A stretch of DNA of 64,000 nt from Pirellulales bacterium (GCA_035656635.1 DASRSD010000152.1:9357-73356), one strand, 5' to 3'; shown: positions 26,761 through 36,608, numbered from the stretch's first letter. Program-made: numbers and translations. The notes: generated by a model from the sequence alone, not told the origin.

Positions 26761-27963
26761 CTACGGGAGCACGACCGGCGTGCCGTCCATTCGATTTGCC
26801 AGTTGCCAATGGACTAGCCGGTCGACGGTGTAACCGATCGTCTGCACAGAGCCATCGCACATCACAAATTGGCAGCCAGACGGGTGCGCGGCGCCAAAGT
26901 TTGGAGCTTCGTACCTGAGAAATCCGGCCGACCCAGGGGTGTCGGCGGGGTTGGTGTCATTGGCATCCCTCACAGGCGGAAAAAATTTTGTTCCCGTCGT
27001 ATCTGCGGCAATTATCGCCTCTGTCGGTAGGGTAGGCTCGCCTGCATCCGACGGCGTTCCCCCATAGTAGTTAGATGCAAAGCGAACGCTGTCATAATCG
27101 TATCCTCGGTACATCGTATTGTCGTCCCCATAATTCCTGTTATTCACAGTGAGTGCCGTTGAATCGTACTGCTGCGGCTGCAACGACTTTTCTCCAACCA
27201 GGTACGTTTTCGTTAGACCATCCGGTATTTGCCTCAGGCTAAAAGGGTTCGCAGGGTAAAAGACACCCGTGTTCCCGTATATGCCCGCAAAAAATGCTGC
27301 AGCGGTCTTACCTGCAGCGGTAGGTCCGCCCGGTGGCAGTACAGTCGCGCAGCAATCCGTAGGGTTGACTTGGCCGTGGGCGGTGACGCCGCTACCAAAA
27401 AGGGTTCCTGCGTTGCCCGCATAATCCGATTTCGCCCCGCCTAAGCTCGTCAACAAGGTGAGGTTGAAGTTCGTGGGATAGTTACCGGGATTGGCTTGGG
27501 AGTCGAAAACGACTCCCACCGTAGCGCCGCGCCGTGAAGGACAATTGAGCACCGCGATCCCCTGCGCCTGCATTTGGGCCAAAACATCGTATTTCCCGCC
27601 CGTCCCGCCTCCTGAAAAAGCCATTCCCTTGCCCATATCGTGAATCTGTTGTTCTTCCATGAAAGGCAGCAGCGAATAAAGCCAGCCACCCGGCTGATTG
27701 GCCCCATAGCCGGCATCTGGATCGCCGGTCCAGTTATATGACCAGCCGGCGGTGGGAAAGATTTTGTAAATGGAAAGATGATTTTGCGCGGCCAGGCCAA
27801 TCTGCTTTAAATTGTTCCGGCATTGAGAACGGCGCGCAGCTTCGCGCGCAGCTTGTACGGCGGGGAGCAACAAGGCAATCAAAATCCCGATGATTGCAAT
27901 CACAACAAGCAACTCGACCAGCGTAAATCCCATTTCACGCGGCCGCACTTTGCGACGTTTCAC
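26761..27963 (-). CDS. DUF1559 / H-X9-DG protein with prepilin-type N-terminal cleavage/methylation domain
   Basis: A GTG start is preceded by [18 protein letters not shown]|[33 protein letters not shown] is present, and [12 protein letters not shown] near the C terminus fits H-X9-DG. Confidence 0.85.
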   Translation of the reverse strand: MKRRKVRPREMGFTLVELLVVIAIIGILIALLLPAVQAAREAARRSQCRNNLKQIGLAAQNHLSIYKIFPTAGWSYNWTGDPDAGYGANQPGGWLYSLLPFMEEQQIHDMGKGMAFSGGGTGGKYDVLAQMQAQGIAVLNCPSRRGATVGVVFDSQANPGNYPTNFNLTLLTSLGGAKSDYAGNAGTLFGSGVTAHGQVNPTDCCATVLPPGGPTAAGKTAAAFFAGIYGNTGVFYPANPFSLRQIPDGLTKTYLVGEKSLQPQQYDSTALTVNNRNYGDDNTMYRGYDYDSVRFASNYYGGTPSDAGEPTLPTEAIIAADTTGTKFFPPVRDANDTNPADTPGSAGFLRYEAPNFGAAHPSGCQFVMCDGSVQTIGYTVDRLVHWQLANRMDGTPVVLP

Positions 27964-28422
27964 AGAATTCTCCTCCCCCGAGCAATCGATAAACCGGATA
28001 ATTGGGTGCAGCCGCGCATCACAGAAAAGCCGCTGCAAAAACAGCGTACCACCCCGTGGCGTTTGGCTGCAAATATCCCCTCAATTTGTCGACCGCTCCC
28101 TGACGGCGGCAAACTTAAAGCATTTGCTTTTCACCTGCTCGTCTTCCCGGCTTGTGCATTATCTTACCCCGAGGCACGGCCAAAATGCAAGTAATATATT
28201 TCGAGGGTCCTGGGACCAATTTGAATTTTACGCGGCCGAACCCGCTCGGCCCGCCACCATCGGGCTAGGTACACATTGTCTCCTTTCGGCCATGCCTCTG
28301 GCGGCACGCCAAACTTCACAAATTCCGGCAAAATTAGTTCAGCTGCCGGGCAAGTTTCTCCCCCCGCCTGTTAAGATCCGCACAATCGCTGTGCCAATCA
28401 ATTTTTTCTTGAGCCCGCTCCG

Positions 28423-29493
28423 ATGAAACCCAGAGCATGGCCGCACGGATGCCCGGACCAATCGGCCCAACCTTCAAGGATGATTTGCATGCTTTCCGAC
28501 TTTAATCCTGCTTCTGCCGCGCGCCGGCGGATCGGCCGGCGGAAGTTGCCCACCACATTTCGGGCTACCCTGTGGGGCGCCGCGCTGGGGGCTCTGGCGT
28601 TTTGGCCTACTAAGCTTCAGGCCCAAGTTTTAGTGCCCGGCGCCGGCCAGCAACTGACGCAAGTCGGCGACGATTTTGAAGACCCCAAGTGGGAATACAT
28701 TGCCAACGAGCCCAAAAGCAGCGAAGAGCAAGATCACCAGGAACGGCTTCCCTCGGGCCACTCGACCAATGGCCGTTGGGCCGAAGGCCTGAAGCGCGGC
28801 CAGCCCGATGTGGTGAAGCGCGTGGCCACGCCGCCCGGCGGCATCCCCAGCAGCAAAGGCTCCATGCTGCTCATGTCTTTGTACACCGGCGTGCCGGGTG
28901 TGTTCAGCGGACAAACGCATCAGGACGATTTTATTGGGCTAGTCGATCAGCGCATTGGCGGATCAATTTCCGTTTCCCGTTCACCCAGCGTGGTGGCGCA
29001 TGTGTACGTTCCCACTTGGGCCAAGTGGGAACGGCGCGACGGCAACTCGTTTTGCTTCCGCGCCGCTTGCGATGCCTACACCACCAAAGCTTCCAAAAGC
29101 TTTTTCGGCTTTGGCGGCAGCCAAACGGTCCTCGACGAATACTGGCCCGGCATGATGTTTTATTTCCATCCAGGCGACGGACAAAAGACCAAGGATTATT
29201 GCACGCTGCGCGTGCGGGCCGGAATGAATGGCGCCGATTACAACGCGGTGGATATTAAAGAGCCGGGCTGGTGGACGCTGGGAATGTCGTTCACGCCCGA
29301 CGGCCAAATTCATTACTTCGCGCATGCCGGCGTCGATCCGCTGACCGCCAAAGATCGCATTGCCAGCGAAACGCCTTACGGCATGCGGTGTGAGCACTTC
29401 AAGTGCTTTTTCTTCGACGTGCTCAACGGCGACAACGGCAACTGGTCTACCCCCTGGGTCGTGGACGATTGCTTTGCCTACACCGCGCGGTAG
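28423..29493 (+). CDS. secreted hypothetical protein (start uncertain: 28423, 28480 or 28489)
   Basis: It has a signal-like segment (LWGAALGALAFWPTKLQAQ) and balanced composition. I recognise no family. Confidence 0.6.
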   Translation: MKPRAWPHGCPDQSAQPSRMICMLSDFNPASAARRRIGRRKLPTTFRATLWGAALGALAFWPTKLQAQVLVPGAGQQLTQVGDDFEDPKWEYIANEPKSSEEQDHQERLPSGHSTNGRWAEGLKRGQPDVVKRVATPPGGIPSSKGSMLLMSLYTGVPGVFSGQTHQDDFIGLVDQRIGGSISVSRSPSVVAHVYVPTWAKWERRDGNSFCFRAACDAYTTKASKSFFGFGGSQTVLDEYWPGMMFYFHPGDGQKTKDYCTLRVRAGMNGADYNAVDIKEPGWWTLGMSFTPDGQIHYFAHAGVDPLTAKDRIASETPYGMRCEHFKCFFFDVLNGDNGNWSTPWVVDDCFAYTAR

Positions 29494-29558
29494 TGAACAA
29501 CGTGGGCGCAGTGATTGGGGCGGAGCGTACTATGGTTCGCTGCGTGCTGGGTCGCGCA

Positions 29559-30965
29559 TCAAGCAGCTGCCGTGAGCCCGCGGCGACGGCGCACATAAAA
29601 AAGCACCGCCAGGCCGCCCAAGCCAAGCAGCGTTATGCTGCCCGGCTCGGGGACCTGGCTGATGCTTCCCCCCCCGCCCAGCAATATATTCAGCAAGCTT
29701 TGCAAATCGATGTTGTTCACCACGCCGTCATGGTTTAAATCGCCAACAAATTTCAGATAATCGCCGTTCAGGCCGAACTTGGTCTCGTAGCCGGTTAAAT
29801 TCGTCAGCGCTTGCTCCATCGCCGTGATGTCGCTGCTGTCGACGTGGCCGTCGAAATTCATGTCGCCCAAAATCGGCGATTCGGTCCGAACGGTTTCGCT
29901 GTTCGGGTTGCCCAGCATGTTCATCACGGCCTGAATGTACGAAAGCCCGCCGCTTAGCCCGGTGGACGAAGCCAAATACGCCGGCACCAAGGTATCGCCG
30001 GAGACATTAATATTCACATTGTCGGACGAGCCTTCAAACCAGTGCACGCCTAATATCGCCGGCGAAGATCCGCCGTACAGGAAAAAGCTTGGGCCGCCGG
30101 AATCGCCAACTTCCACTTGCGATTCGTCCGGGCCCACGCCCGGGTTGTCGTAGGAGTATTCGTAAACGGTGCCCCCTTTGGTATGGTCCACGTTCGCCAC
30201 GCCTACCTGAGAAGAGTTGTAATAATGCGCTGTGCCTGAGTTAATCACGTTCCGGCCCAGCCGCTGCGTGGCTTGCGTGCCATAAGGATAGGTAACCTCG
30301 TCAGGCGTATCCGAGAGGCCAAACGTTTCTACACCGAGCCCGCCCGATTGATCGCCGTATTGGCTGACAAACGGCAGCGACAAAATCGGATACGTGGCGA
30401 CATTGCTGCTCACCGGCGTGCTCAGTTTGCCAATCCACAAATCGCCTTGGGCGCCTTGTGCGCTAGGAAATGCCACTTCCACGGCCTGCCCGCCGGTAAC
30501 CGTTTCGTCTTCGTAGCTGGTGCCGCCGGCATTGTTCGTGTAATAAAACCGCACGGTGTCGCCGGTCGCCGGATGAAAATGGTACGCGCTGACAAAAAAG
30601 CTGGGCGAAATCATCGTGGCCCAGTAATCGTAATAGCCCCCGCTGGCATTCACACCGTTAATGTAGTCGTTGGACGTGGGAACCGTGCGCCCCACCCCCG
30701 ACCAAACATAGGGAGTGCTGGGCACATTCACCGGCGGGCCGCCCGGCCAATTCGCCGGATTGCCAATGAAACTGGAGCTGTTGTCGAAGCGGTCGTAATT
30801 GGAGGCCGGGGCCGTGCTGTTTTGAATCCCCTGAATTTGCTCTGCCCCGCGGGCTGTGGAGATGGCTGCCGCCGTGGCCCCAAAACAAAGCGAGGCACAG
30901 GCCAGGAAGCGCGCTCCCCGGCGCCAGCCACTGGAAAAGCAAGTGGTGCGGTGTGAATTCTGCAT
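29559..30965 (-). CDS. trypsin-like (S1) serine peptidase, dockerin-like pair, PEP-CTERM protein
   Basis: A GDSGGP catalytic-serine motif (EVGDSGGPSFF) is present. It also has GDMNFDGHVDSSDITAMEQAL, GDLNHDGVVNNIDLQSLLNIL and VPEPGSITLLGLGGLAVLFYVRRRR. Confidence 0.7.
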   Translation of the reverse strand: MQNSHRTTCFSSGWRRGARFLACASLCFGATAAAISTARGAEQIQGIQNSTAPASNYDRFDNSSSFIGNPANWPGGPPVNVPSTPYVWSGVGRTVPTSNDYINGVNASGGYYDYWATMISPSFFVSAYHFHPATGDTVRFYYTNNAGGTSYEDETVTGGQAVEVAFPSAQGAQGDLWIGKLSTPVSSNVATYPILSLPFVSQYGDQSGGLGVETFGLSDTPDEVTYPYGTQATQRLGRNVINSGTAHYYNSSQVGVANVDHTKGGTVYEYSYDNPGVGPDESQVEVGDSGGPSFFLYGGSSPAILGVHWFEGSSDNVNINVSGDTLVPAYLASSTGLSGGLSYIQAVMNMLGNPNSETVRTESPILGDMNFDGHVDSSDITAMEQALTNLTGYETKFGLNGDYLKFVGDLNHDGVVNNIDLQSLLNILLGGGGSISQVPEPGSITLLGLGGLAVLFYVRRRRGLTAAA

Positions 30966-31140
30966 GCGGCCGATCTGCCGTCCTCTGCTTGGGCCACTGC
31001 GTTGGTGTTTGACCGGCGGGCGCAACGAAAAGGGATTGGCCTACGCCACGCGGTCCCCAAGCCTGTTTCCACGGCCTTGCCTACCTTCCATGGTACCCAG
31101 CAATTGCACAGTGGGCAATGAATTAACGGTGAAGGTCCTG

Positions 31141-31249
31141 GCTTAATTTAGATCAGAGATAATGTAGTGACGGCTGTCCTCAGCCGTTTTCCTCGAATAT
31201 AAAGCATGGTGGCTGAGGACAGCCACCGCTACATTTTTCAAATTAAGCC
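31141..31249. repeat. about 109-bp imperfect palindrome (hairpin element)
   Basis: gcttaattt...atgtagtgacggctgtcctcagcc (left arm) pairs with ggctgaggacagccaccgctacat...aaattaagc (right arm). Confidence 0.75.
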
Positions 31250-31409
31250 ACGACCACGGTGAAGAGCGGCTCAAAAATCCCGTTTAAGTGGCTAGAGCAA
31301 ACGTCAATTTGGTGTAAATTTCAAATTAGCCGGACAGCCACGCCGTCCGGTCCGGATGCTATGAGCATCCGGCTGCCCGCTTAGATTCTGGCCATGGCCT
31401 GATTTGACG

Positions 31410-31436
31410 ATGTAGTGACGGCTGTCCTCAGCCGTT
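31410..31436 (+). repeat. third copy of the 27-nt arm atgtagtgacggctgtcctcagccgtt
   Basis: It is identical to 31162-31188. The hairpins ccggatgct-atg-agcatccgg and ccggac..gtccgg lie between the copies. Confidence 0.75.
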
Positions 31437-31441
31437 GCGGG

Positions 31442-32149
31442 TTAACCAAAACGACGGCGACGAGCCACTGCCGCTAGTGCCAGGCCTCCGCAGCCCAGCA
31501 GCACCAGGCTGGCCGGCTCGGGCGTGTTTCCGATAATAACCACATTATCAAACGAAGAATTAGTCCCCTGATTGCCTCCGGAGGAGTCGGCGAAGTATGT
31601 CGAGTTATCGATGTACAGATTTAAGTGGTCGATGTCGAAACCACCGTTAAACACCCACTTCTCCGTGGCCACCACTTCGAAGGTGCCCGTCATGCCCAGC
31701 GCTACGCCATCTGCCGGGTCGGAGTCGACTGCACCGGGTGTGGAAAACAACGTGCAGGCAATTGCATCAAAATCGCTATCCGGAGTAGCGCCAAACACCG
31801 GCTTAGGGAACCATGCATTGGTGTTGGAAGCACCATCCACGTTTAGATTTGGTTTTACAGTGGAATATCCGTCCACACCAATGCTTGTTGCGAATGATGT
31901 CGAATTTGCTTGCGTTGCCCCGGACTGTGTACCAAAGTTCGCTTTGCCTGTCCCGACACTAACCACATCGAAGCTGGCTGCCGCAATACCGTTGGGTGCA
32001 TCGCTCTTCACAAGAATTTCAATCGTATGAACACTGCCGGGAGTGGTGTTTGACACACTTAAGTCGATCAGTTCTCCGGTGATGGTTGCCGCCTGCAAAC
32101 GTGATAATCCGGCGAACAGAATTGCCGTGGTCAAAATCAATTTGCGCAT
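31442..32149 (-). CDS. PEP-CTERM surface protein, tandem paralog A (beta-sandwich, cohesin-like?)
   Basis: It has a signal peptide, ATITGELIDLSVSNTTPGSVHTIEILVKSDAPNGIAAASFDVVSVG and a C-terminal TPEPASLVLLGCGGLALAAVARRRR. Confidence 0.7.
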   Translation of the reverse strand: MRKLILTTAILFAGLSRLQAATITGELIDLSVSNTTPGSVHTIEILVKSDAPNGIAAASFDVVSVGTGKANFGTQSGATQANSTSFATSIGVDGYSTVKPNLNVDGASNTNAWFPKPVFGATPDSDFDAIACTLFSTPGAVDSDPADGVALGMTGTFEVVATEKWVFNGGFDIDHLNLYIDNSTYFADSSGGNQGTNSSFDNVVIIGNTPEPASLVLLGCGGLALAAVARRRRFG

Positions 32150-32337
32150 GAGAGAGCTCCTTTGTGCTAGAAGAATTAGGGCTCCCTCTGTTCCAACTGC
32201 AAACCACTATATCAGCGGTTCAATCGCCTGTCGCGATTTTAGTTCCCTGAAAAATGAAGCGCAACGAAAAAGGCCCGGTCGAATTCGACCGGGCCTTTTG
32301 GAGCTTTCAACAATTCAAATCGGGGTCAACAAGGGAA

Positions 32338-33048
32338 CTAGGCACGACGGCGACGGGCACACAAGGCCAAGCCGAGGCCGCCCAATCCCATCAAAATCAT
32401 ACTGGCCGGTTCGGGAACAATCGTCACCGAAAGAGGGCCGGCCGAAGCGACCGTATCATAGTTGGGATTGGTTCCTGAAAGGCCACCTGTGGCATCCGCG
32501 AAAAATGTCGGGTGATCGATATACAAGTTTAAGGTTTCCGACGCATTGAACACCCACTTTTCGGTCCCCACAACTTCAAAGCCACCCGTCATACCCAAAG
32601 CAAGGCTGTCGCCTGGATCCGAATCTACAGCACCGGGAGTTGAAAAGACAGTAGCCGCAATAGCGTCAAAGTCACCATCCGCTGTTGCGCCCGTAACAGG
32701 TTTGGGGAACCAGGCCGACGAGTCGCTGACGCCGTCAGTCGACAGGCTTGGCTTAACAACTGAGTATCCGTCCCCAGTAATGCTTGCTGCAAATGTCGTC
32801 GAATTTGCCTGGCTCGCACCAGACTGCGTTCCAAAGTTCGCCTTCTGCGTGCCAGCGCTGACGACATCGAAACTCGCCGAGGCAATGCCGTTGGGCGTAT
32901 CGCTCTTCACCAGAATTTCAATCGTATGAACACTGCCGACAGTCTGGTTCGACGCACTTAGATCAATCAGCTCACCGGTAATGGTCGATGCTTTTACACT
33001 GCTGGCGACAAAAACCACTGCCGCCGCAAGAACAAGAATCCGCCGCAT
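32338..33048 (-). CDS. PEP-CTERM surface protein, tandem paralog B
   Basis: Started at MRRILVLAAAVVFVASSVKA. STITGELIDLSASNQTVGSVHTIEILVKSDTPNGIASASFDVVSAG is collinear with paralog A, and it ends with VPEPASMILMGLGGLGLALCARRRR. Confidence 0.7.
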   Translation of the reverse strand: MRRILVLAAAVVFVASSVKASTITGELIDLSASNQTVGSVHTIEILVKSDTPNGIASASFDVVSAGTQKANFGTQSGASQANSTTFAASITGDGYSVVKPSLSTDGVSDSSAWFPKPVTGATADGDFDAIAATVFSTPGAVDSDPGDSLALGMTGGFEVVGTEKWVFNASETLNLYIDHPTFFADATGGLSGTNPNYDTVASAGPLSVTIVPEPASMILMGLGGLGLALCARRRRA

Positions 33049-33306
33049 GTTGTAGCTCCTTATGAACCTGGTTGTTTTCACTTGCAATTCCCTGGTAAAT
33101 ATTTGTTTCCTATTACCGCTTTTTACGGACCCCGATTTTGTTGATTATAATCCCACCTCCGGCCATTGCAAGCACATTTTGGTTGCCTCTTCTGTTTTAG
33201 TGTTCCTAATTCCCTAAATGACTCATTCCACAAGCGCCTCTATCAAACCCAAATTACTATATTGCTACTGCATGATATGATTTTAGCCAGATTTTACTTA
33301 TTTCTC

Positions 33307-34404
33307 CTAGGCCACATTCTTGCGGCGGCTGCGAACCAGCAGCGCTACCGTTCCCAAGCCCAACAGCACGAAGCTAGCCGGTTCGGGCACGCCCGAAATC
33401 GACGAGCTGCCGACGATCGACTTTTGCCAGTTGGCCACATTCGTCACAATGTTGATGTCGCCGAGATTTACCTGACCATCACCGTTCACATCGCCATTTA
33501 GGCCACCCCATGTTCCTGGTTTCTGCCAGTTGGCGACATTGGTGATCAGGTTGATATCGCCCAAGTCAGTCGTCCCGTTAAGATTGGCATCGCCAGCAAG
33601 CGCGACCCGCACGGAGGTGCTGCCCAAGGTGTACTTGGCATTGGCACCGCCGTTGGGGCCAATATCGGTAGCTCCTTGAGCGATGGCCGGGTTGCCTTCG
33701 CTAATCGCCAGGTTGGCCGTGCCGAAGCCGGTCACGCTTAAATCGACTTCGCCCGCCAGGAAATAGGACACGCCAGCAATCGTCAACGATTGCGGATCTT
33801 TGCCGGCGCCAAGCGTCGCGCCCGCATTGACGTTTTCCAAACCGCGATAGGAAGCAGGATCGCTAGTCACTACGGGAGGAGTGGCGCCGCTGAGGGCCAC
33901 CGAGTTACCAATGGCGTTCACGTCAGCAATGGAGCTGGTCGGCGAAATGCTGCCGGCGGTAATGGTAGTAACATTATCCCACCGAGTAGTCGGTGCGCTG
34001 ACAGGAAAAGTTACGTTGCCCAGGCTGGGATTGTACATCGATGCGCCATTCAAGAGAAACACGTTGGCAGTGGGAGGACTGAAACCAGGTACCAGAGTTT
34101 GGCCCGACACGGTGTACGTTAGACCCATACCGGCGGCTGAATTGGGAACCGGGTTGGTATTGCCGTTAATAGTTTCGTTGGTGAAGCCCAGCGATTGGGG
34201 AGCAATTTCGTCGCCGGTGTTGGCGGTGACCCAAACATACAGCGGAGCGGTGAAGGCCGCTTGGCCGATTTGGCGACCAATAATATCGCCATACAGCGGA
34301 TTGGTATTGCTGGTTGACAGGATCATGGTGTCCTGCGCCCAAGCAGAGGCGGCAAACGCTCCCACAATTGTTGCAGCCAGCATTGTCTTCATCATGCGAT
34401 TCAT
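33307..34404 (-). CDS. PEP-CTERM protein with two dockerin-like repeats
   Basis: Started at MNRMMKTMLAATIVGAFAASAWA. It has GDANLNGTTDLGDINLITNVANWQK, GDVNGDGQVNLGDINIVTNVANWQK and VPEPASFVLLGLGTVALLVRSRRK. Confidence 0.7.
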   Translation of the reverse strand: MNRMMKTMLAATIVGAFAASAWAQDTMILSTSNTNPLYGDIIGRQIGQAAFTAPLYVWVTANTGDEIAPQSLGFTNETINGNTNPVPNSAAGMGLTYTVSGQTLVPGFSPPTANVFLLNGASMYNPSLGNVTFPVSAPTTRWDNVTTITAGSISPTSSIADVNAIGNSVALSGATPPVVTSDPASYRGLENVNAGATLGAGKDPQSLTIAGVSYFLAGEVDLSVTGFGTANLAISEGNPAIAQGATDIGPNGGANAKYTLGSTSVRVALAGDANLNGTTDLGDINLITNVANWQKPGTWGGLNGDVNGDGQVNLGDINIVTNVANWQKSIVGSSSISGVPEPASFVLLGLGTVALLVRSRRKNVA

Positions 34405-34757
34405 AAGCCTGACTCCACCTCTGTTGATGATATGGTTGTGGTCCAGAGAATTACGGTAGAAAAACTTCCCCCCCCCGGGAAATACACCCAATCCGCTCAG
34501 AACTTCTCACAATCTACTCAGACGTTACAAGCATTGCAAGTGTTTTGCTACCACGGCATCAGGAAAAATGGAAAAAGTTGGAAACCAGGGCTAAACGCGG
34601 GACTAACATTCGTTTTGACGCTTGCGGGAGCCGCCGGAAGAGATGCCAGTTTTTGGCTGGTTTTTCATGGCTTTACCCCCCGAGTGATGGAACGGTGGCG
34701 GTGGAAAATCCCTAATCTGAGCGGAATAAATCGCCCCAGGCTAACCGGAAAAAACTT

Positions 34758-36608
34758 TTACGAAACCGCCACCGGAACCTCGGCCCCGGGCAGGTGAATG
34801 CTAAACACACTCCCCCCTCCTGGCGTACTGTTGACCGAAACACGCCCGCCGTGGGCCTGCACAATGTGCTTGACAATGGCCAAACCCAGGCCTGTCCCCC
34901 CCAATTTGCGGCTGCGGGCGCGATCGACCCGATAAAACCGTTCGAACAAACGCGGCAAATGCTCGGCGGCAATGCCGCAGCCTTGATCGTGCACGGCAAT
35001 GACAACTTCCGGCGCAATGCTTTTCCGCGGCGCGCCGTGCGCGGCAGCGCTGGCTGCTTCTGCCATGTGCGCTTCGACCAGCACCTGGCTGCCGGGCTCG
35101 CTGTACTTCACAGCATTGTCGATAAGGTTGGTCACCGCTTGCTCCAACAGCGGCGCGTTGATTGGCGCCAGCGCAGATTCCTGGCAAGCCACCACAATTT
35201 CGATGTTGCGCGCCGCCGCCTGCGGTTGGCAATTGCTGGCCGCCGCTTCCAGCACCGGCGCCAACGGCGCAACCGCCAGCGGCAAATTCACAGCCTGCTC
35301 GCTTTGCTCGATCTTCGACAGGCTGAGCAAATCTTCGATGATGTTGTTGAGCCGCTCCGCATGGCTGGCGATAATTCGCAAAAACCGTTGGGCATCTTCC
35401 GGATGCGCAAGCGCCCCGTCCAGCAGTGTTTCGACAAAGCCTTTGATCGAGGCGATGGGAGTTTTCAATTCGTGCGACACGTTGGCGACAAAATCTCGTC
35501 GCAAGTTTTCCAAATGCCGATAGCGGGTGACATCGTTCAGCACAATGACTGCGCCCACCGTTCGGCCGGCGGCATCGCGCAGGGCCGTGCCCCGGGCTTG
35601 CATAATGCGCTGGCCTTTGCCGTGCAGCACGATGTCATCTTCGATGGGATCGGGCGAATTCAAGGCGCGGGTGGCAAACCGCCGCAGATCGGCATTGCGG
35701 AGCACTTCCTGTAAATTCCTGCCCGGCAGTTCTTCCTGCGCGCCGCCGATGAGCGCCGCAGCAGCGGAATTGAGCGTGATGACGCGCTGCTCCGAATCAA
35801 CGGCCAACACGCCTTCCACCATGCTGGCCAGCACGGCTTCCTGCTCGTGCCCCTGCCGGCCAAGGCGCACGGAGCGCTCTTCCAGTTGCTGCGCAATTTT
35901 GGCCAGCGACGCCGCCAGCTCCGCCAGTTCTGCAATTTCTGACCGCGGCAATTTGGGCAGCGGCTGCCCCTGCGAAAGCAATTGTGCCCCCGCGCTTAGC
36001 AATTGAACTTGCCGGCCGCTGCGGGCCGACAACCACCAACCGAGCAGCCCAGCGCCCGCGCCGACCACGATTATGCCAACCAAAAGGGACCGCAAGCTAT
36101 CGTGGTACACTTGCTGCAACTCGGTGGCCGATTTTGCCGCCCGAACCGCCCCAATGATTTTCCCTTCCCGCAAAAGCGGCACAGCCACGTACAGCATTTG
36201 CTCGTTGCGAGTGGTGCTGTAACGAGTTTCCGTGCTGATGCGGCCAGCCAGAGCGGCGGCAATTTCCGGCCGGTTGGAATGATTTTCCATTTGCCGCGGA
36301 TTCTCGCGAGTATCGAACAACACGGCGCCGTCGGCCTGCACCACGGTAATAACGGTGCGCGTGCTTTGGGCGATGCGCGCCACCGCATTGGCGGCGATTT
36401 GGTTGCGACTGTCGTCCGCGGCTGCGCTATCAACGACAAGCAGGCTGATTTCGCTGGCGACTAAATTGGCCGCTGCTTCCAGCTCCGTCCGAGCCGCGCG
36501 CGTGAGAGACGTATTAAACGCGTGTGCCGCCCACCAGCCAAAGACCATCAACGCGGCCAGGCAAACCACGAAATATCGAACGGCAAGATGCCCAACAAGG
36601 CGCTGCAT
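34758..36608 (-). CDS. sensor histidine kinase (PhoR-like: 2 TM, HAMP, PAS, HisKA, HATPase)
   Basis: The H-box is FVANVSHELKTPIASIKGF. N, G1 and G2 boxes are present (..NLIDNAVKYS..DQGCGI..GGTGLGLAIV). Confidence 0.85.
   Translation of the reverse strand: MQRLVGHLAVRYFVVCLAALMVFGWWAAHAFNTSLTRAARTELEAAANLVASEISLLVVDSAAADDSRNQIAANAVARIAQSTRTVITVVQADGAVLFDTRENPRQMENHSNRPEIAAALAGRISTETRYSTTRNEQMLYVAVPLLREGKIIGAVRAAKSATELQQVYHDSLRSLLVGIIVVGAGAGLLGWWLSARSGRQVQLLSAGAQLLSQGQPLPKLPRSEIAELAELAASLAKIAQQLEERSVRLGRQGHEQEAVLASMVEGVLAVDSEQRVITLNSAAAALIGGAQEELPGRNLQEVLRNADLRRFATRALNSPDPIEDDIVLHGKGQRIMQARGTALRDAAGRTVGAVIVLNDVTRYRHLENLRRDFVANVSHELKTPIASIKGFVETLLDGALAHPEDAQRFLRIIASHAERLNNIIEDLLSLSKIEQSEQAVNLPLAVAPLAPVLEAAASNCQPQAAARNIEIVVACQESALAPINAPLLEQAVTNLIDNAVKYSEPGSQVLVEAHMAEAASAAAHGAPRKSIAPEVVIAVHDQGCGIAAEHLPRLFERFYRVDRARSRKLGGTGLGLAIVKHIVQAHGGRVSVNSTPGGGSVFSIHLPGAEVPVAVS

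Noticed and set aside
28039-28422. The divergent intergenic region between the DUF1559 gene and gene 28423, inspected for operators and repeats. The spacers at 23755-24100, 25472-25788 and 33049-33306 were inspected the same way.
   Set aside because: I could see no repeats, palindromes or recognisable promoter consensus beyond chance-level matches.
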